A stretch of DNA of 64,000 bases from an uncultured Clostridia bacterium (GTDB taxonomy: Bacteria; Bacillota; Clostridia; UBA1381). The translations under genes were made by a program, and so were the position numbers. The DNA lies in contig CANQQW010000001.1 in the NCBI GenBank assembly GCA_947626075.1, positions 14,213 to 78,212 of the forward strand. Reading direction: 5' to 3'. A model generated the notes under the pieces. The model ran no database searches, was not told the DNA's origin, and saw only the letters and a program-made list of their open reading frames with translations. This document shows, one piece after another, positions 35,271-45,983 of this stretch (its first letter is position 1; each line of letters opens with the position of its first letter).

Positions 35271-37346
35271 TTATACGAGATAGAGTAAATCCGTGTATGT
35301 CGGGAACGGCCAGTATTCCTTTGAAACCATTGTTTCAAGAGTATCCGCCGTTTCACGCAGCGCCGCCATAGCGGGAAGCACCTTTTCTTTGTAGTACATA
35401 CCCACCGCGTACGCGTCAACATCGGGAATATCCGTAGCCGCGTCGAGAGCGTCGATTTTTGCCATAAGCTCCTCCGTAAGCGCGGTCAGCGTCTTAACTC
35501 TTTCAAGCTCATTCGGCGCGTCGATACCGAGCGCTTTCTTTGAAGCGTAATCTTCGGCGACAAAATTCGTGTACTTGAGACATGCGGGAAGAATTTCCTG
35601 CTTTGCCATTTCAAGCATTGTAAGCATCTCGAAATGAACCGTGTTGTTGTAATCCTCCATCATAATCTCGCCGCGCGTCTTAACCTCGACCTCTGTAAAC
35701 ACGCCCTGCTTAGTGAACAGGTCAATCGACTTCTGCGCCACGAAATGGGGGAGAGCGTCCGGAGTAGTTTTGAGGTTATAAAGACCTCTTCTTTCAGCCT
35801 CTTCGATCCACTCGTCGCTGTAACCGTTACCGTTGAATATGATTCTGTCATGCTCGGAGAAAATCTTAACCGCAAGCTCGAACGCGTCCTTTTGAATATT
35901 TTTGCTGCCTTCAAGCTCATCTGCGATTTCCGTAAGCGTCTCCGCGACGATTGTATTGATAACGATGTTGATACCCGCGATTGATTGTCTCGAACCGGGC
36001 GCGCGGAACTCGAAACGGTTACCCGTAAACGCGAACGGAGACGTTCTGTTTCTGTCAGTGGTATCTCTTTCGATGTCGGGGAGAGCGTCAACGCCTGTTT
36101 CAATTAAATCACCCGACGCACTCTTAACATCCTTATGCTTTTTCAGACGGTCAACGACAGCCGCGAGCTGATCGCCCAGATACATAGATATAATAGCGGG
36201 CGGCGCTTCGTTCGCACCGAGACGGTGATCGTTACCCGCCGTTGCGACCGACGCCCTTAAAATATCCGCGTAATCATCAATAGCCTTAATAACAGCCGCA
36301 AGGAACAACAGGAACTGTACATTTTCCTCGGGCTTTTTACCCGGTCTTAACAAAAGTTCCCCGTCCGACGTACCGATTGACCAGTTGTTGTGCTTACCGC
36401 TTCCGTTTATACCCTCATACGGCTTTTCATGGAGCAGACAGTACAGACCGTGATGGTCGGCGACCTTTTTAAGAATTTCCATTGTAAGCTGGTTATGGTC
36501 GGTAGAGATATTTGTCGTTGAGAATACAGGCGCGATTTCATGCTGAGCGGGAGCCACCTCGTTGTGTTTCGTCTTTGCGAACACACCGAGCTTCCATAAC
36601 TCCTCGTCAACCTCTTTCATGAAGTTTGCGACTCTTTCCTTGATTTGACCGAAATAATGGTCGTCCATTTCCTGACCCTTTGCGGGCTTCGCGCCGAAGA
36701 GCGTTCTGCCTGTAAGGAGTAAGTCCTTACGCTTATTTCTGAGCTTCTTATCTACCAGGAAGTACTCCTGCTCGGGACCTACGTAAGCGACGACCCTCTT
36801 GGGATACTTACCGAACAGCGCGAGCACCTTTTTAGCCGCTTTATCTATTGCCGCTTCCGAGCGCAGGAGCGGAGTTTTCTTGTCAAGCACCTCACCGCTG
36901 TAGGAAACGAATGACGTGGGAATGTACAATGAATTATCCTTGATGAACGCGAACGAAGTCGGATCCCACGCCGTGTAGCCTCTCGCCTCGAATGTGGCTC
37001 TCAGTCCGCCCGAGGGGAAAGAGGATGCGTCAGGTTCACCCATAACAAGCTCCTTGCCGGAGAATTCCATAATAACCGTTCTGTCGTCCGTCGGCTGAAT
37101 GAAAGAATCGTGCTTTTCCGCCGTAAGACCCGTCATCGGCTGGAACCAGTGGGTGTAGTGGGTGCAGCCGTTTTCGATTGCCCAGTCTTTCATTGCGTGA
37201 GCGACTACCTCCGCAACCGAAATATCAAGCTTTGTGCCGTCATTGATTGTCTTTACAAGTGACTTGTACGTTTCCTTAGGAAGACGTTCCTTCATGGTCG
37301 GCAGATTAAATACCTTACTGCCGAAGATTTGTGCAACATTACTCAT
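35271..37346 (-). CDS. glnA: Glutamine synthetase type III
   Basis: THYTHWFQPMTGLTAEKHDSF, EPDASSFPSGG, HEKPYEGINGSGKHNNWS, DRNRTSPFAFTGNRFEFR. Confidence 0.96.
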   Translation of the reverse strand: MSNVAQIFGSKVFNLPTMKERLPKETYKSLVKTINDGTKLDISVAEVVAHAMKDWAIENGCTHYTHWFQPMTGLTAEKHDSFIQPTDDRTVIMEFSGKELVMGEPDASSFPSGGLRATFEARGYTAWDPTSFAFIKDNSLYIPTSFVSYSGEVLDKKTPLLRSEAAIDKAAKKVLALFGKYPKRVVAYVGPEQEYFLVDKKLRNKRKDLLLTGRTLFGAKPAKGQEMDDHYFGQIKERVANFMKEVDEELWKLGVFAKTKHNEVAPAQHEIAPVFSTTNISTDHNQLTMEILKKVADHHGLYCLLHEKPYEGINGSGKHNNWSIGTSDGELLLRPGKKPEENVQFLLFLAAVIKAIDDYADILRASVATAGNDHRLGANEAPPAIISMYLGDQLAAVVDRLKKHKDVKSASGDLIETGVDALPDIERDTTDRNRTSPFAFTGNRFEFRAPGSRQSIAGINIVINTIVAETLTEIADELEGSKNIQKDAFELAVKIFSEHDRIIFNGNGYSDEWIEEAERRGLYNLKTTPDALPHFVAQKSIDLFTKQGVFTEVEVKTRGEIMMEDYNNTVHFEMLTMLEMAKQEILPACLKYTNFVAEDYASKKALGIDAPNELERVKTLTALTEELMAKIDALDAATDIPDVDAYAVGMYYKEKVLPAMAALRETADTLETMVSKEYWPFPTYTDLLYLV

Positions 37347-37491
37347 TGTAATACCTCCCAATAATGTTAGATTAAGCTAATTTTTTAATATTTATGAAAA
37401 AAAGGTGAATTATATTTTTTGAGCAATATAAAACACCTTTGTCTTATCGAAAAATCAGCTATTAAATTGTTATTAGCAATTTACATGATTA

Positions 37492-37519
37492 ATTATACCA
37501 CTAATAAAACTTTTGTCAA
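37492..37519 (-). promoter_or_regulatory. glnA promoter
   Basis: Minus-strand TTGACA, 16 bp, TG-n-TATAAT. Confidence 0.65.
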
Positions 37520-37653
37520 TATGCAACTTGCAAAATTTGATGATGTAATAATAAATATTAATTATGCAAAATGTCAGTCATATGTGCGGGGAACGATAAA
37601 AAAAGAAGTCCCCGCATTGCGGGAACCTCGTGATATTGCCGCTTGTTTCGGCA

Positions 37654-37744
37654 TGGAGGAGAGGATGGGATTCGAACCCACGAACGAGTTACCCCCGTTA
37701 CAGCATTTCCAATGCTGCGCCTTCGACCACTCGGCCACCTCTCC
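37654..37744 (-). tRNA. tRNA-Ser(GGA)
   Basis: Acceptor GGAGAGG/CCTCTCC, anticodon arm CAGCA-TTGGAAA-TGCTG, long variable arm, GTTCGAATC T loop, encoded CCA. Confidence 0.97.
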
Positions 37745-37789
37745 GCGGCAATGGGCGTATCGAGCGATACGCCCGTTTTGCATATTCAA

Positions 37790-38710
37790 TTACTTATTTT
37801 TCTTATTCGACTTTCTCTCCTGAGCCGCCGCTGCTTTAGCCTTCATATTAGACTCTCTCCACGCCGCCCAGAACGTGCTCGCGATAAAGATTGACGTGTA
37901 CGCACCCGCGATTATACCTATAATAAGCGGAAGCGCAAAATCCTTGATTGTCGATACGCCAAGGAAGTAGATAAGAACGATCGTTATAAGCGTTGTAATC
38001 GTAGAATTGATTGTACGTCCCAGCGTCTCGTTGATACTCCTGTCAGTCATATCGGCTATTGTCTCATTCTTCTTACGAAGCTTTTGATTTTCGCGTATTC
38101 TGTCGAATATGACGATGGTATTATTGATTGAGTAACCTATAACCGTCAGCATAGCCGCGATAAACGTTGTGTTGATCGGGATATTGGTTATGGCGTATAC
38201 CGCCGCCATGACAAGCACGTTTATAGCCAGCGCGAATACAGCCATAATGGCGCTTCTCCACTCAAAACGTATAGCGATGTAAATCAAAATACATATAATC
38301 GCGAGAAGCGTGTACATAAGCGCTTTTCTCTGGACCTCAAGACCGAAGCTTGCCGACGCGGACGATACGGAGATAAGATCCTCGTCCGCGAGCGAGTACT
38401 TGTCCTTGAGGGCGTTAAAGATTTCGTCCTTAACGGAATCGTCGACCGGCGGAGTTTTAATAACGGCTATCTCGTTTGTCGTGCCTTTCTGAACCGTTGC
38501 CGAAACCGTGTCCTTGGTATTCTGCTGAACAAGATCCGCAATTTCGCCGTTGTCAAAATCCGTGTGCAGATTTACCTGCATTCTCACACCGCCCAGGAAC
38601 TCAACGTCAAAGTTAAATCCGCCGTGTACGATGTATAACACAACGCCTGCGAGAACTATAAGTGCGGGTATAATAAGGAATTTCCATCTGTTTTTGGTTA
38701 AGTCTTTCAT
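37790..38710 (-). CDS. secF: Protein translocase subunit SecF
   Basis: FNFDVEFLGG, IGYSINNTIVIFDRIRE, RTINSTITT. Confidence 0.95.
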   Translation of the reverse strand: MKDLTKNRWKFLIIPALIVLAGVVLYIVHGGFNFDVEFLGGVRMQVNLHTDFDNGEIADLVQQNTKDTVSATVQKGTTNEIAVIKTPPVDDSVKDEIFNALKDKYSLADEDLISVSSASASFGLEVQRKALMYTLLAIICILIYIAIRFEWRSAIMAVFALAINVLVMAAVYAITNIPINTTFIAAMLTVIGYSINNTIVIFDRIRENQKLRKKNETIADMTDRSINETLGRTINSTITTLITIVLIYFLGVSTIKDFALPLIIGIIAGAYTSIFIASTFWAAWRESNMKAKAAAAQERKSNKKNK

Positions 38711-40017
38711 TACGCTTCCGCACCTCCCTTGTTAGCCTTTGTATTGTAGAACATACTTCTGTTTTCGATACCGATACCGATAAGCTGCTTCAATAGGAAC
38801 TTAGTGATAACGATAGCCGTGAACATACTCAGTATAACGCCGATACCAAGCGTCGTGGCAAAGCCGGTAACCGTGCCTATGCCTGAGATATAAAGAACGA
38901 CGCAGGTGATGATTGTTGTTATGTTTGAATCGAGAATAGCGGAGAAGGCCTTGTCAAAGCCGGACGTAATCGACGCCCGTATTGTCTTGCCGAGCCGAAG
39001 CTCCTCTTTCATTCTTTCAAATATAATACAGTCCGCGTCGACCGCCATACCTATGGATAGGACAATACCAGCGATACCCGAAAGGCTGAGGTTTACATGG
39101 AACACACCCATAGCAAGTCCTATAAGACCCACGTATATGAGCAGCGATATATCCGCTATAAGTCCCGGTATCCTGTACATGATAACCATGAATATCATTA
39201 TCAGAAGAATACCTATCGCCGCCGCCAAAAGGCTTGAACGAAGCGCCTCGGGACCAAGCTCAGCGCCTACGGTGTCCTTTGAAACGACCGTGAGGTCGAA
39301 CGGAAGCTGACCCGACTTGATCTGATTGGCAAGCATCTCAGCCGTTTCCGGAGTGAAGCTTCCCGAGATAACACATGATTCCGAGTTGATTTCCTCTCTA
39401 ACCGACGGTCTTGAGATTTCCTCGCCGTCCATCTCGATTGAGATGTAGTTGGTGCCGTCAGACGTGCGCGCCGCCGCAGCGCCGGTCGCGTTTGCGAACT
39501 TCTCTCTCGCCTCGGTGTTGAACTCTACCTTTACGTAAGGTATCGACGGACCGTTCTGCTCCACCTGACCGAACTGGTATGACGCGTCCTTAATATCGGT
39601 CGCGCCGTCGAGAACAACGTTGCCGTCAGCGTCGTTAAACGTCAGCTTTGCGACGTTTCCGAGGAGGTCTGCCGCCTCGTCGGTGTTTGTAACCGAGGGT
39701 ATCTCGACTGTGATTTTTCCGCCCTCGCTCTGCGATATGCGCGCCTCGGTATATCCGGCGTTTGTCATACGAGTTTGGAAAATTGATTCAACGACTTGCA
39801 TTTGGTCGTCTGTGGGCGAATCTGTCGCCGCCTGGAAGGTGATAACCGAACCTCCGGCGAGGTCGATGCCCTTTTTGATACCCTTTTCTCCGAAAGCGCC
39901 GTCATACGAATATCCCGCTATATTGAAGCCTATGAAGGCAACATAGTTAAGGATAAGCGCAAGAGCCACAACGAAGCAAAGAGTAACAATACTCTTTTTT
40001 TTCATTAGCGTATCCAT
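38710..40017 (-). CDS. secD: Protein translocase subunit SecD
   Basis: KKGIDLAGG, QIKSGQLP, IGMAVDADCIIFERMKEE. Confidence 0.95.
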   Translation of the reverse strand: MDTLMKKKSIVTLCFVVALALILNYVAFIGFNIAGYSYDGAFGEKGIKKGIDLAGGSVITFQAATDSPTDDQMQVVESIFQTRMTNAGYTEARISQSEGGKITVEIPSVTNTDEAADLLGNVAKLTFNDADGNVVLDGATDIKDASYQFGQVEQNGPSIPYVKVEFNTEAREKFANATGAAAARTSDGTNYISIEMDGEEISRPSVREEINSESCVISGSFTPETAEMLANQIKSGQLPFDLTVVSKDTVGAELGPEALRSSLLAAAIGILLIMIFMVIMYRIPGLIADISLLIYVGLIGLAMGVFHVNLSLSGIAGIVLSIGMAVDADCIIFERMKEELRLGKTIRASITSGFDKAFSAILDSNITTIITCVVLYISGIGTVTGFATTLGIGVILSMFTAIVITKFLLKQLIGIGIENRSMFYNTKANKGGAEA

Positions 40018-40087
40018 TCCTTTCTTTACCGGATTGTTTCATAAATTTATTTCATAAAAAACCCAGTTTATAAAATAGCATAAGGCT

Positions 40088-40116
40088 ATTATAACTCCAT
40101 ATTCCGAGTTCGTCAA
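40088..40116 (-). promoter_or_regulatory. secDF promoter
   Basis: Minus-strand TTGACG, 17 bp, TATAAT. Confidence 0.65.
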
Positions 40117-40302
40117 CAATCTTTATATTACTATTATGTGACAAAAAGATTACAATTCTGATTATTTGCGGATTTTCTACATAAAATACATATATAAATT
40201 AAAAAAGATTGTGTCATATGCGGAAAAGAGAAGTCAAAATTAGTCTTGACATATGATTTGTTTAAGATAAAATATTGGTAAACGAAAAAATAGGAGAAAC
40301 AT

Positions 40303-42579
40303 ATGGACAGAAAAGAAAGAATACTTGCGTTTATAAACTCGGAGGAATATGTCCCGCTGAAAGTGAAAGAGCTTATGACCGTGCTTGACGTGCCGGGCGC
40401 GGACAGAGAGGAATTGGAGGATATACTCGACGCGCTTTGCAGAGAGGGCAAAATATATCAGAGCAAAAAGGGCAGATACGTTTCCGTGGACGCGGAGGCG
40501 CTTTGTATCGCCGGCAGGCTGAGCTGCAGCGCGAACGGCTGCTTCGGCTTCCTCGTGTGCGGCGCGGGCGAGGAGGACGTTTTCGTAAAGGGCTGCGATA
40601 TGCTTACCGCGCTCGACGGTGATAAAGTGCTTGTGCGCGTCGATAAGGACGAAAGAGGCGGACGTCATCGGCGTGGACGCGTCATTAAGGTGCTCGAACG
40701 CGCCAATAAAACTGTGGTCGGCGTTATATATAAGATGAAAGACGGATATTTCTGCCTGCGTCCCGATAACAGACAGATATACGCGAAAATATATATCGCC
40801 GATAAGGACGCGATGACCGCGCGCGTGGGCGACAGGGCGGCTGTGACCGTGACGGGGTACGGCGCGGACGGTAAGGTTTTCGGCGAGATATCGAGCGTTT
40901 TGGGCGACGGAAATTCCCTCAAAAGCTGTATCGAGGGCATAATAGTAGACGGCGGAATAAAGCAGGAATTTGACCGTGAAACGCTTCGCGAGGCGGAAAA
41001 AATTGCACCCGAGGTAAGCGCGGATATGATAAAGGGCAGGGAAGATTTGCGCGATGCGCTTATATTCACGATAGACGGAGACGACGCGCGCGACTTTGAC
41101 GATGCCGTGTCGCTCACTATAGCCGAAAACGGTAATTATATGCTCGGCGTGCATATAGCGGACGTGTCCGAGTATGTGAGGGAAGGCGGCGCTCTCGACA
41201 GCGAGGCATACGAGCGCGGCACGAGCGTATACCTTGCCGACAGGGTAATACCGATGCTGCCCGAGGCGCTGTCAAACGGCATATGCAGTCTTAATCCGAA
41301 CGAGGACAGGCTCACACTGTCGGTATTTATGGAAATATCGGGCAGCGGAAAGATACTCTCCCACAGGCTTTCGGAGACTGTCATACGCTCAAAGGCGAGA
41401 ATGACATATAATAATGTAAATAAGATCCTTGAAGAAAACGATGCGGCGCTTTGCGAGAGATACGCTTACATGGTACCGACGCTGCGCCTTATGGAGGAGC
41501 TTGCCAAGGTCCTTAACAAAAAACGCGCGTTAAGGGGCGCGATTGAGTTTGACTTCCCCGAAAGCTGCGTGACGGTAGACGAAAACGGCGAGCCGACCGG
41601 CGTTGAAACTAAAACGCGCGGAGTGTCGAACAAAATGATAGAGGAATTTATGCTCGCCGCGAACGAAACGGTGGCGGAGCGGGCGTTCCGCGCGGAGCTT
41701 CCCTTTGTTTACCGTAATCACGAAGCGCCGACCGTGGAAAAGATAAAGGATTTTAATAATTTTATACGTCCCTACGGCTTAGCCGTGCAGGGTAAAATAG
41801 ACCGTGACAGTCCGATAAATCCAAAATCGCTGCGGTACATTATCGACGCGGTAAAAGGAGCGCCGAACGAAAGAATTGTTTCGATTACGATGCTGAGGTC
41901 TTTAATGAAAGCGAGGTACAGCGAGGAAAATCTGGGTCATTTTGGGCTTGCGGCAAAATTTTACTGCCATTTCACGTCGCCGATACGGCGTTATCCCGAC
42001 CTTGCGGTTCACAGAATTTTAAAGGACTGCCTCGCGTCGCGCCTTACGGAGGGAAGAATAAAATACCTTAAAGGCTATACCGCCGCCGTATCGCTGCAGT
42101 CTACCGACCGCGAGATAGACGCTGAGGCAACGGAAAGAAATGTGGACGACTTAATTAAGACGGCTTATATGAGCCGCTTTGTCGGAGAGGAATTTGAAGC
42201 GACCGTATCGAGCATAACAAGCTTCGGTATGTTTGTCGAGCTTGATAATTCGATAGAGGGGCTTATCCGCATCGAGAACATGACCGATGATTATTACGAG
42301 TATGATGAAAGCGCCGCCGAGCTTGTCGGCAAGCGTAAAAAACGCGTTTACAAAATCGGCGGGCGAGTAAACGTCGTGCTTGCGAAGGCGGATATTTCTC
42401 TGCGCCGAATTGATTTCGTACTCGCCCAAGACGCGTTTGGGAAGATTTTGAACAAAAAGGGGTGCGAACACGAAAAGGTTACGGGCGCGAAGCGCAAAAA
42501 AGATATGAAAAGAGCGAGAAAAGGCGGTAAAAATAAGGCAAATAACGGCAAAAAGAATCGAAAACGAACGATAAAATAA
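40303..42579 (+). CDS. rnr: Ribonuclease R
   Basis: TIDGDDARDFDDAV, HIADVS, IEEFMLAAN, HFTSPIRRYPDL, S1 domain, Lys-rich tail. Confidence 0.96.
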   Translation: MDRKERILAFINSEEYVPLKVKELMTVLDVPGADREELEDILDALCREGKIYQSKKGRYVSVDAEALCIAGRLSCSANGCFGFLVCGAGEEDVFVKGCDMLTALDGDKVLVRVDKDERGGRHRRGRVIKVLERANKTVVGVIYKMKDGYFCLRPDNRQIYAKIYIADKDAMTARVGDRAAVTVTGYGADGKVFGEISSVLGDGNSLKSCIEGIIVDGGIKQEFDRETLREAEKIAPEVSADMIKGREDLRDALIFTIDGDDARDFDDAVSLTIAENGNYMLGVHIADVSEYVREGGALDSEAYERGTSVYLADRVIPMLPEALSNGICSLNPNEDRLTLSVFMEISGSGKILSHRLSETVIRSKARMTYNNVNKILEENDAALCERYAYMVPTLRLMEELAKVLNKKRALRGAIEFDFPESCVTVDENGEPTGVETKTRGVSNKMIEEFMLAANETVAERAFRAELPFVYRNHEAPTVEKIKDFNNFIRPYGLAVQGKIDRDSPINPKSLRYIIDAVKGAPNERIVSITMLRSLMKARYSEENLGHFGLAAKFYCHFTSPIRRYPDLAVHRILKDCLASRLTEGRIKYLKGYTAAVSLQSTDREIDAEATERNVDDLIKTAYMSRFVGEEFEATVSSITSFGMFVELDNSIEGLIRIENMTDDYYEYDESAAELVGKRKKRVYKIGGRVNVVLAKADISLRRIDFVLAQDAFGKILNKKGCEHEKVTGAKRKKDMKRARKGGKNKANNGKKNRKRTIK

Positions 42580-42700
42580 GCCAATAAACGGCATAACCGT
42601 GCGAAAAAGACAGGCAAAACAAGCCAATAAACGGCATAACCGTGCGAAAAGACAGACGAAAACAAGCCAATAAACGACACAATCATGCGAAAAGGCGGGC
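42573..42700. repeat. ~43-bp tandem repeat x3, with degenerate copies on both sides
   Basis: Units start at 42573, 42616 and 42659; core AAGCCAATAAACGGCATAACCGTGCGAAAA. Confidence 0.85.
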
Positions 42701-42788
42701 AAACCAACCCAAACAGCGGCAAAAATGTGCAAAAAAGAACCGCGAATAAACCAAACAGCAAAAAAAGCGGCATTGGCGCTATACCGCT

Positions 42789-43385
42789 TTACATAATCTG
42801 CCGCCCTTCAAGCGCTTTTATAAGGGTAATTTTGTCGGCGTATTCAAGGTCGCTGCCGATAGGTATACCGTGCGCGATACGCGTCACCTTAACGCCGAAC
42901 GGCGACAGCAGCTTTGAGATATACACTGCGGTAGCGGTGCCGTTTACGGTAGGATTGGTAGCCATAATCACTTCCTTTACACTACCGTCGCCAAGCCTCA
43001 AAAGCAGCTCGTTTATTTTTATATCGTCGGGCGTTATCCCGTCCATCGGCGATAGCGCGCCGTGCAGAACATGGTAAAGCCCGTTAAATTCGTTTGTAGC
43101 CTCAATGGCGGAAACATCCTCCGGGCTTTCAACAACGCATATAACCGACGGATCGCGCTTTTGCGACGCGCATATTTTGCACGGCGAAGAGTCTGTGAGA
43201 TTTTGACACACAGGACAGAGAAGAATTTTTTCTTTCGCCTCATTAAGACACGCCGCCATAGACGCAACATCGTCCTTCGACATGCGTTCAAGTATATGAA
43301 ACGCGATACGCTCCGCGCTTTTTCTGCCTATACCGGGCAGCTGCTCAAATTTTTCTATCAGTGTTTCTATTATTGTAGCGTGCAT
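42789..43385 (-). CDS. recR: Recombination protein RecR
   Basis: LPGIGRKSAER, C4 zinc finger, YHVLHGALSP, Toprim. Confidence 0.97.
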   Translation of the reverse strand: MHATIIETLIEKFEQLPGIGRKSAERIAFHILERMSKDDVASMAACLNEAKEKILLCPVCQNLTDSSPCKICASQKRDPSVICVVESPEDVSAIEATNEFNGLYHVLHGALSPMDGITPDDIKINELLLRLGDGSVKEVIMATNPTVNGTATAVYISKLLSPFGVKVTRIAHGIPIGSDLEYADKITLIKALEGRQIM

Positions 43386-43390
43386 GGCAA

Positions 43391-43744
43391 TTAAAATAGT
43401 CCGGGAATATTGATTCCGCCGGTAACCGCGCTCATACCTTCCGCCATCATCTCGTCGGCTTTTTTAATAGCGTCGTTTACCGCTACCGTAACAAGATCCT
43501 CCAAGGTTTCCACATCGTCCGGGTCTACCGCTTCGGGAGATATTTTCAGAGAAACGATCTCTTTCTTACCGTTTACCGTAACGCTTACCGCGCCGCCGCC
43601 GGAGCTTGCCTCAACCGTCTTGTCCTCAAGCTCCTCCTGAACCTTTTCCATTTCCTCCTGCATCTTTTGCGCCTGTTTGATTACGTTGCTCACATTCTTG
43701 TTAGTGTTCATGCCTGCGCCTGCAAATCCTTTGTATTTTCCCAT
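43391..43744 (-). CDS. ybaB: YbaB/EbfC nucleoid-associated protein
   Basis: [25 protein letters not shown]; dnaX-ybaB-recR synteny. Confidence 0.95.
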   Translation of the reverse strand: MGKYKGFAGAGMNTNKNVSNVIKQAQKMQEEMEKVQEELEDKTVEASSGGGAVSVTVNGKKEIVSLKISPEAVDPDDVETLEDLVTVAVNDAIKKADEMMAEGMSAVTGGINIPGLF

Positions 43745-43764
43745 TTTAATATACCTCTTTCTTT

Positions 43765-45603
43765 TTAAATATTTTCGTTCTCTTGGGAGATTTCATTTTC
43801 CTCAAGAAATTCCTCTCTGTCGCTGTCCTCATCGAACGACGACTGCGAGAAGTTATCCTGTGAGGAATCATATTCAATAAATTCACTTTCATCCGCGTCC
43901 TCGACAATCTCACCAAAGTTTTCGATAAGATTTTCAAGCGGGTCGGCGGACACAGCCGAATTATTACTGTCATTGTCGTTATCCGCGTTTGACGCGGGAA
44001 GCGCCCAAAAGTCAACAAGGTCGTCTTGTATTTCATCCTCATAGGCGATTTTCAGAACATATTCCGTGCCTGACGCGCGCTTAAACGTTTGCTGAAGCCT
44101 TTCCTTGAAATTCACGCCTATATCGTGTGCTCCCTTTTCCTCACGCTTAAACAGCAGGATAATACCGTCCGCATCAATCGTGATAGCCCTGTTTATAAGA
44201 CACGGCTTTAAATATGCCGCGTTGTTAGCCATGGTGCGCGATATATTGTTCCAGTTTTTGGCGGTCTTTACGATAGGATTATCAGCCGTAAGCTCGTACT
44301 CGGGTATTGGACGGTAAAGCCTTACGGGGGCTTTTTTCTCCGCCTTGTGCTGTTCATTTTTTGCCGGAGATTCGCTTACCTTGATACCGTTTTTAATTTT
44401 ATCCTCGATTTTTTTAATCCTGTCCGTGAGAGATGACGTATCCGCTACCGCGCCGTTCGCCACTTTCTTTTCAAGCGATGTGATTCGGTCGAAAAGGGCG
44501 GCGGGGGAGTCGTCGAACTCAGGCTTTGATATTTTTATCAGTGCAAGCTCGTATATTATCCGCGGCGATTTTACCCATTTTGTATCCGCCTGCGCGTCGG
44601 AGAGTATCGCCGCCGCGTGTGATATTTTTTCAAACGTCATTTTATCCGCGAGCGATTTTAATTTTACCATATCCTCCGCCGTATAGTCAAGTATGGAATC
44701 GGGATTGTCCGACACCTTGCATATAAGCATATCGCGGAAATTCTTTATAAGCGCGTCCATGAACACGCGTATATCCTTACCGTCGGACAGTATTGTGTCA
44801 AGCAGCGATATTATACCGTCTATATCCCCGTTGATTATTGAGCCGGTAATCGCGAAAACGGAGTCTGCCGACGATATTCCCAATGTGTCTGTTATATCCT
44901 TAGACGTTACGCTGCTGCCGCAAGCGGACACTACTCTTTCAAGAATACTCAAACCGTCGCGCATGGAACCGTCGGCAAGACGTGCGAGCATATCGTAAGC
45001 ATCGTCCGAGATGGTAAGATTGTCACCGTGGGCGATTTCTTTCATACGAAGTATTATGTCGGAGGGCTTTATACGCTTGAAGTCAAAGCGCTGACAGCGC
45101 GACAATATAGTCTGCGGTACCTTGTGCGCCTCCGTTGTGGCGAGTATGAATATAACATATTCGGGCGGCTCCTCCAGTGTTTTCAAAAGCGCGTTAAAGG
45201 CTCCGGCGGAGAGCATATGCACCTCGTCTATTATATACACGGTGTATTTCGCGTTTGTTGACACGTACCGTACATCGTCTCGGATTTCGCGGATATTGTC
45301 AACGCCGTTATTTGAAGCGGCGTCGATTTCTTTGACGTCCATGATACTTCCGTCTATGATACCCCTGCAAACCTCGCATTCGTTGCAAGGACTGCCGTCC
45401 TTGGGATTAAGACAGTTGACGGCGCGCGAAAACACTTTCGCACAGGTGGTTTTGCCCGTGCCGCGGGTACCGCAAAACAGGTATGCATGACCTATTTTAC
45501 CGCTTAGAATTTGGTTTTTCAGCGTCTTGGTAATATGTTCCTGCCCAACGATGTCCTCAAAGACCATAGGACGCCACTTCCTGTATATAGCCTGATGCGC
45601 CAT
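43765..45603 (-). CDS. dnaX: DNA polymerase III gamma/tau
   Basis: [39 protein letters not shown]. Confidence 0.98.
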   Translation of the reverse strand: MAHQAIYRKWRPMVFEDIVGQEHITKTLKNQILSGKIGHAYLFCGTRGTGKTTCAKVFSRAVNCLNPKDGSPCNECEVCRGIIDGSIMDVKEIDAASNNGVDNIREIRDDVRYVSTNAKYTVYIIDEVHMLSAGAFNALLKTLEEPPEYVIFILATTEAHKVPQTILSRCQRFDFKRIKPSDIILRMKEIAHGDNLTISDDAYDMLARLADGSMRDGLSILERVVSACGSSVTSKDITDTLGISSADSVFAITGSIINGDIDGIISLLDTILSDGKDIRVFMDALIKNFRDMLICKVSDNPDSILDYTAEDMVKLKSLADKMTFEKISHAAAILSDAQADTKWVKSPRIIYELALIKISKPEFDDSPAALFDRITSLEKKVANGAVADTSSLTDRIKKIEDKIKNGIKVSESPAKNEQHKAEKKAPVRLYRPIPEYELTADNPIVKTAKNWNNISRTMANNAAYLKPCLINRAITIDADGIILLFKREEKGAHDIGVNFKERLQQTFKRASGTEYVLKIAYEDEIQDDLVDFWALPASNADNDNDSNNSAVSADPLENLIENFGEIVEDADESEFIEYDSSQDNFSQSSFDEDSDREEFLEENEISQENENI

Positions 45604-45644
45604 GAGAAATGCCCGTACCTTTCTTTAGATTTTACATATACACG

Positions 45645-45666
45645 AAAAAACGCCGTAAAAGGCGTT
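45645..45666 (-). terminator. Terminator after SRP RNA
   Basis: AACGCC/GGCGTT hairpin followed by a T run on the minus strand. Confidence 0.6.
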
Positions 45667-45679
45667 ACGTTTATAAAAA

Positions 45680-45790
45680 GGCTCAGACCGAGTTTTCCGC
45701 AACACACCGCCCACACCGCTTATTGCTGCTTGGTTCCCCATCTGACAAGGTTCACGGGGCGCGGTCGCGCGGGCTCGGTCATCATCGCCG
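45680..45790 (-). ncRNA. ffs: Small bacterial SRP RNA (4.5S type)
   Basis: Minus-strand GTGAACCTTGTCAGATGGGGAACCAAGCAGCAATAAGCG (domain IV), closing GACCGAG/CTCGGTC stem, conserved position upstream of dnaX; ends approximate. Confidence 0.9.
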
Positions 45791-45795
45791 AAATT

Positions 45796-45824
45796 ATTAT
45801 AATATATTTTTTACAAAACTTCAA
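45796..45824 (-). promoter_or_regulatory. SRP RNA promoter
   Basis: Minus-strand TTGAAG, 17 bp, TATAAT. Confidence 0.7.
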
Positions 45825-45983
45825 TACTTTAATTCAAACTTTGTGTAAAATAATTTTTATTACGCAGTATATAATTTTATTTTTATAGGTATTTTCTATT
45901 GTTTTATTCGTTATTTTCAGATTATAATACATATATGATAAAATGTCAATATCATACTATAAAACAAACGGGACGGATAAAAT

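Noticed and set aside
37419-37894. Several ORFs around the tRNA
   Set aside because: They overlap tRNA-Ser and AT-rich promoter DNA; spurious.
40240-41154. 304-aa minus-strand ORF
   Set aside because: Antisense shadow of GC-rich rnr.
42573-42700. CRISPR array
   Set aside because: Units are contiguous with no unique spacers, and there are no cas genes; it is a tandem repeat.
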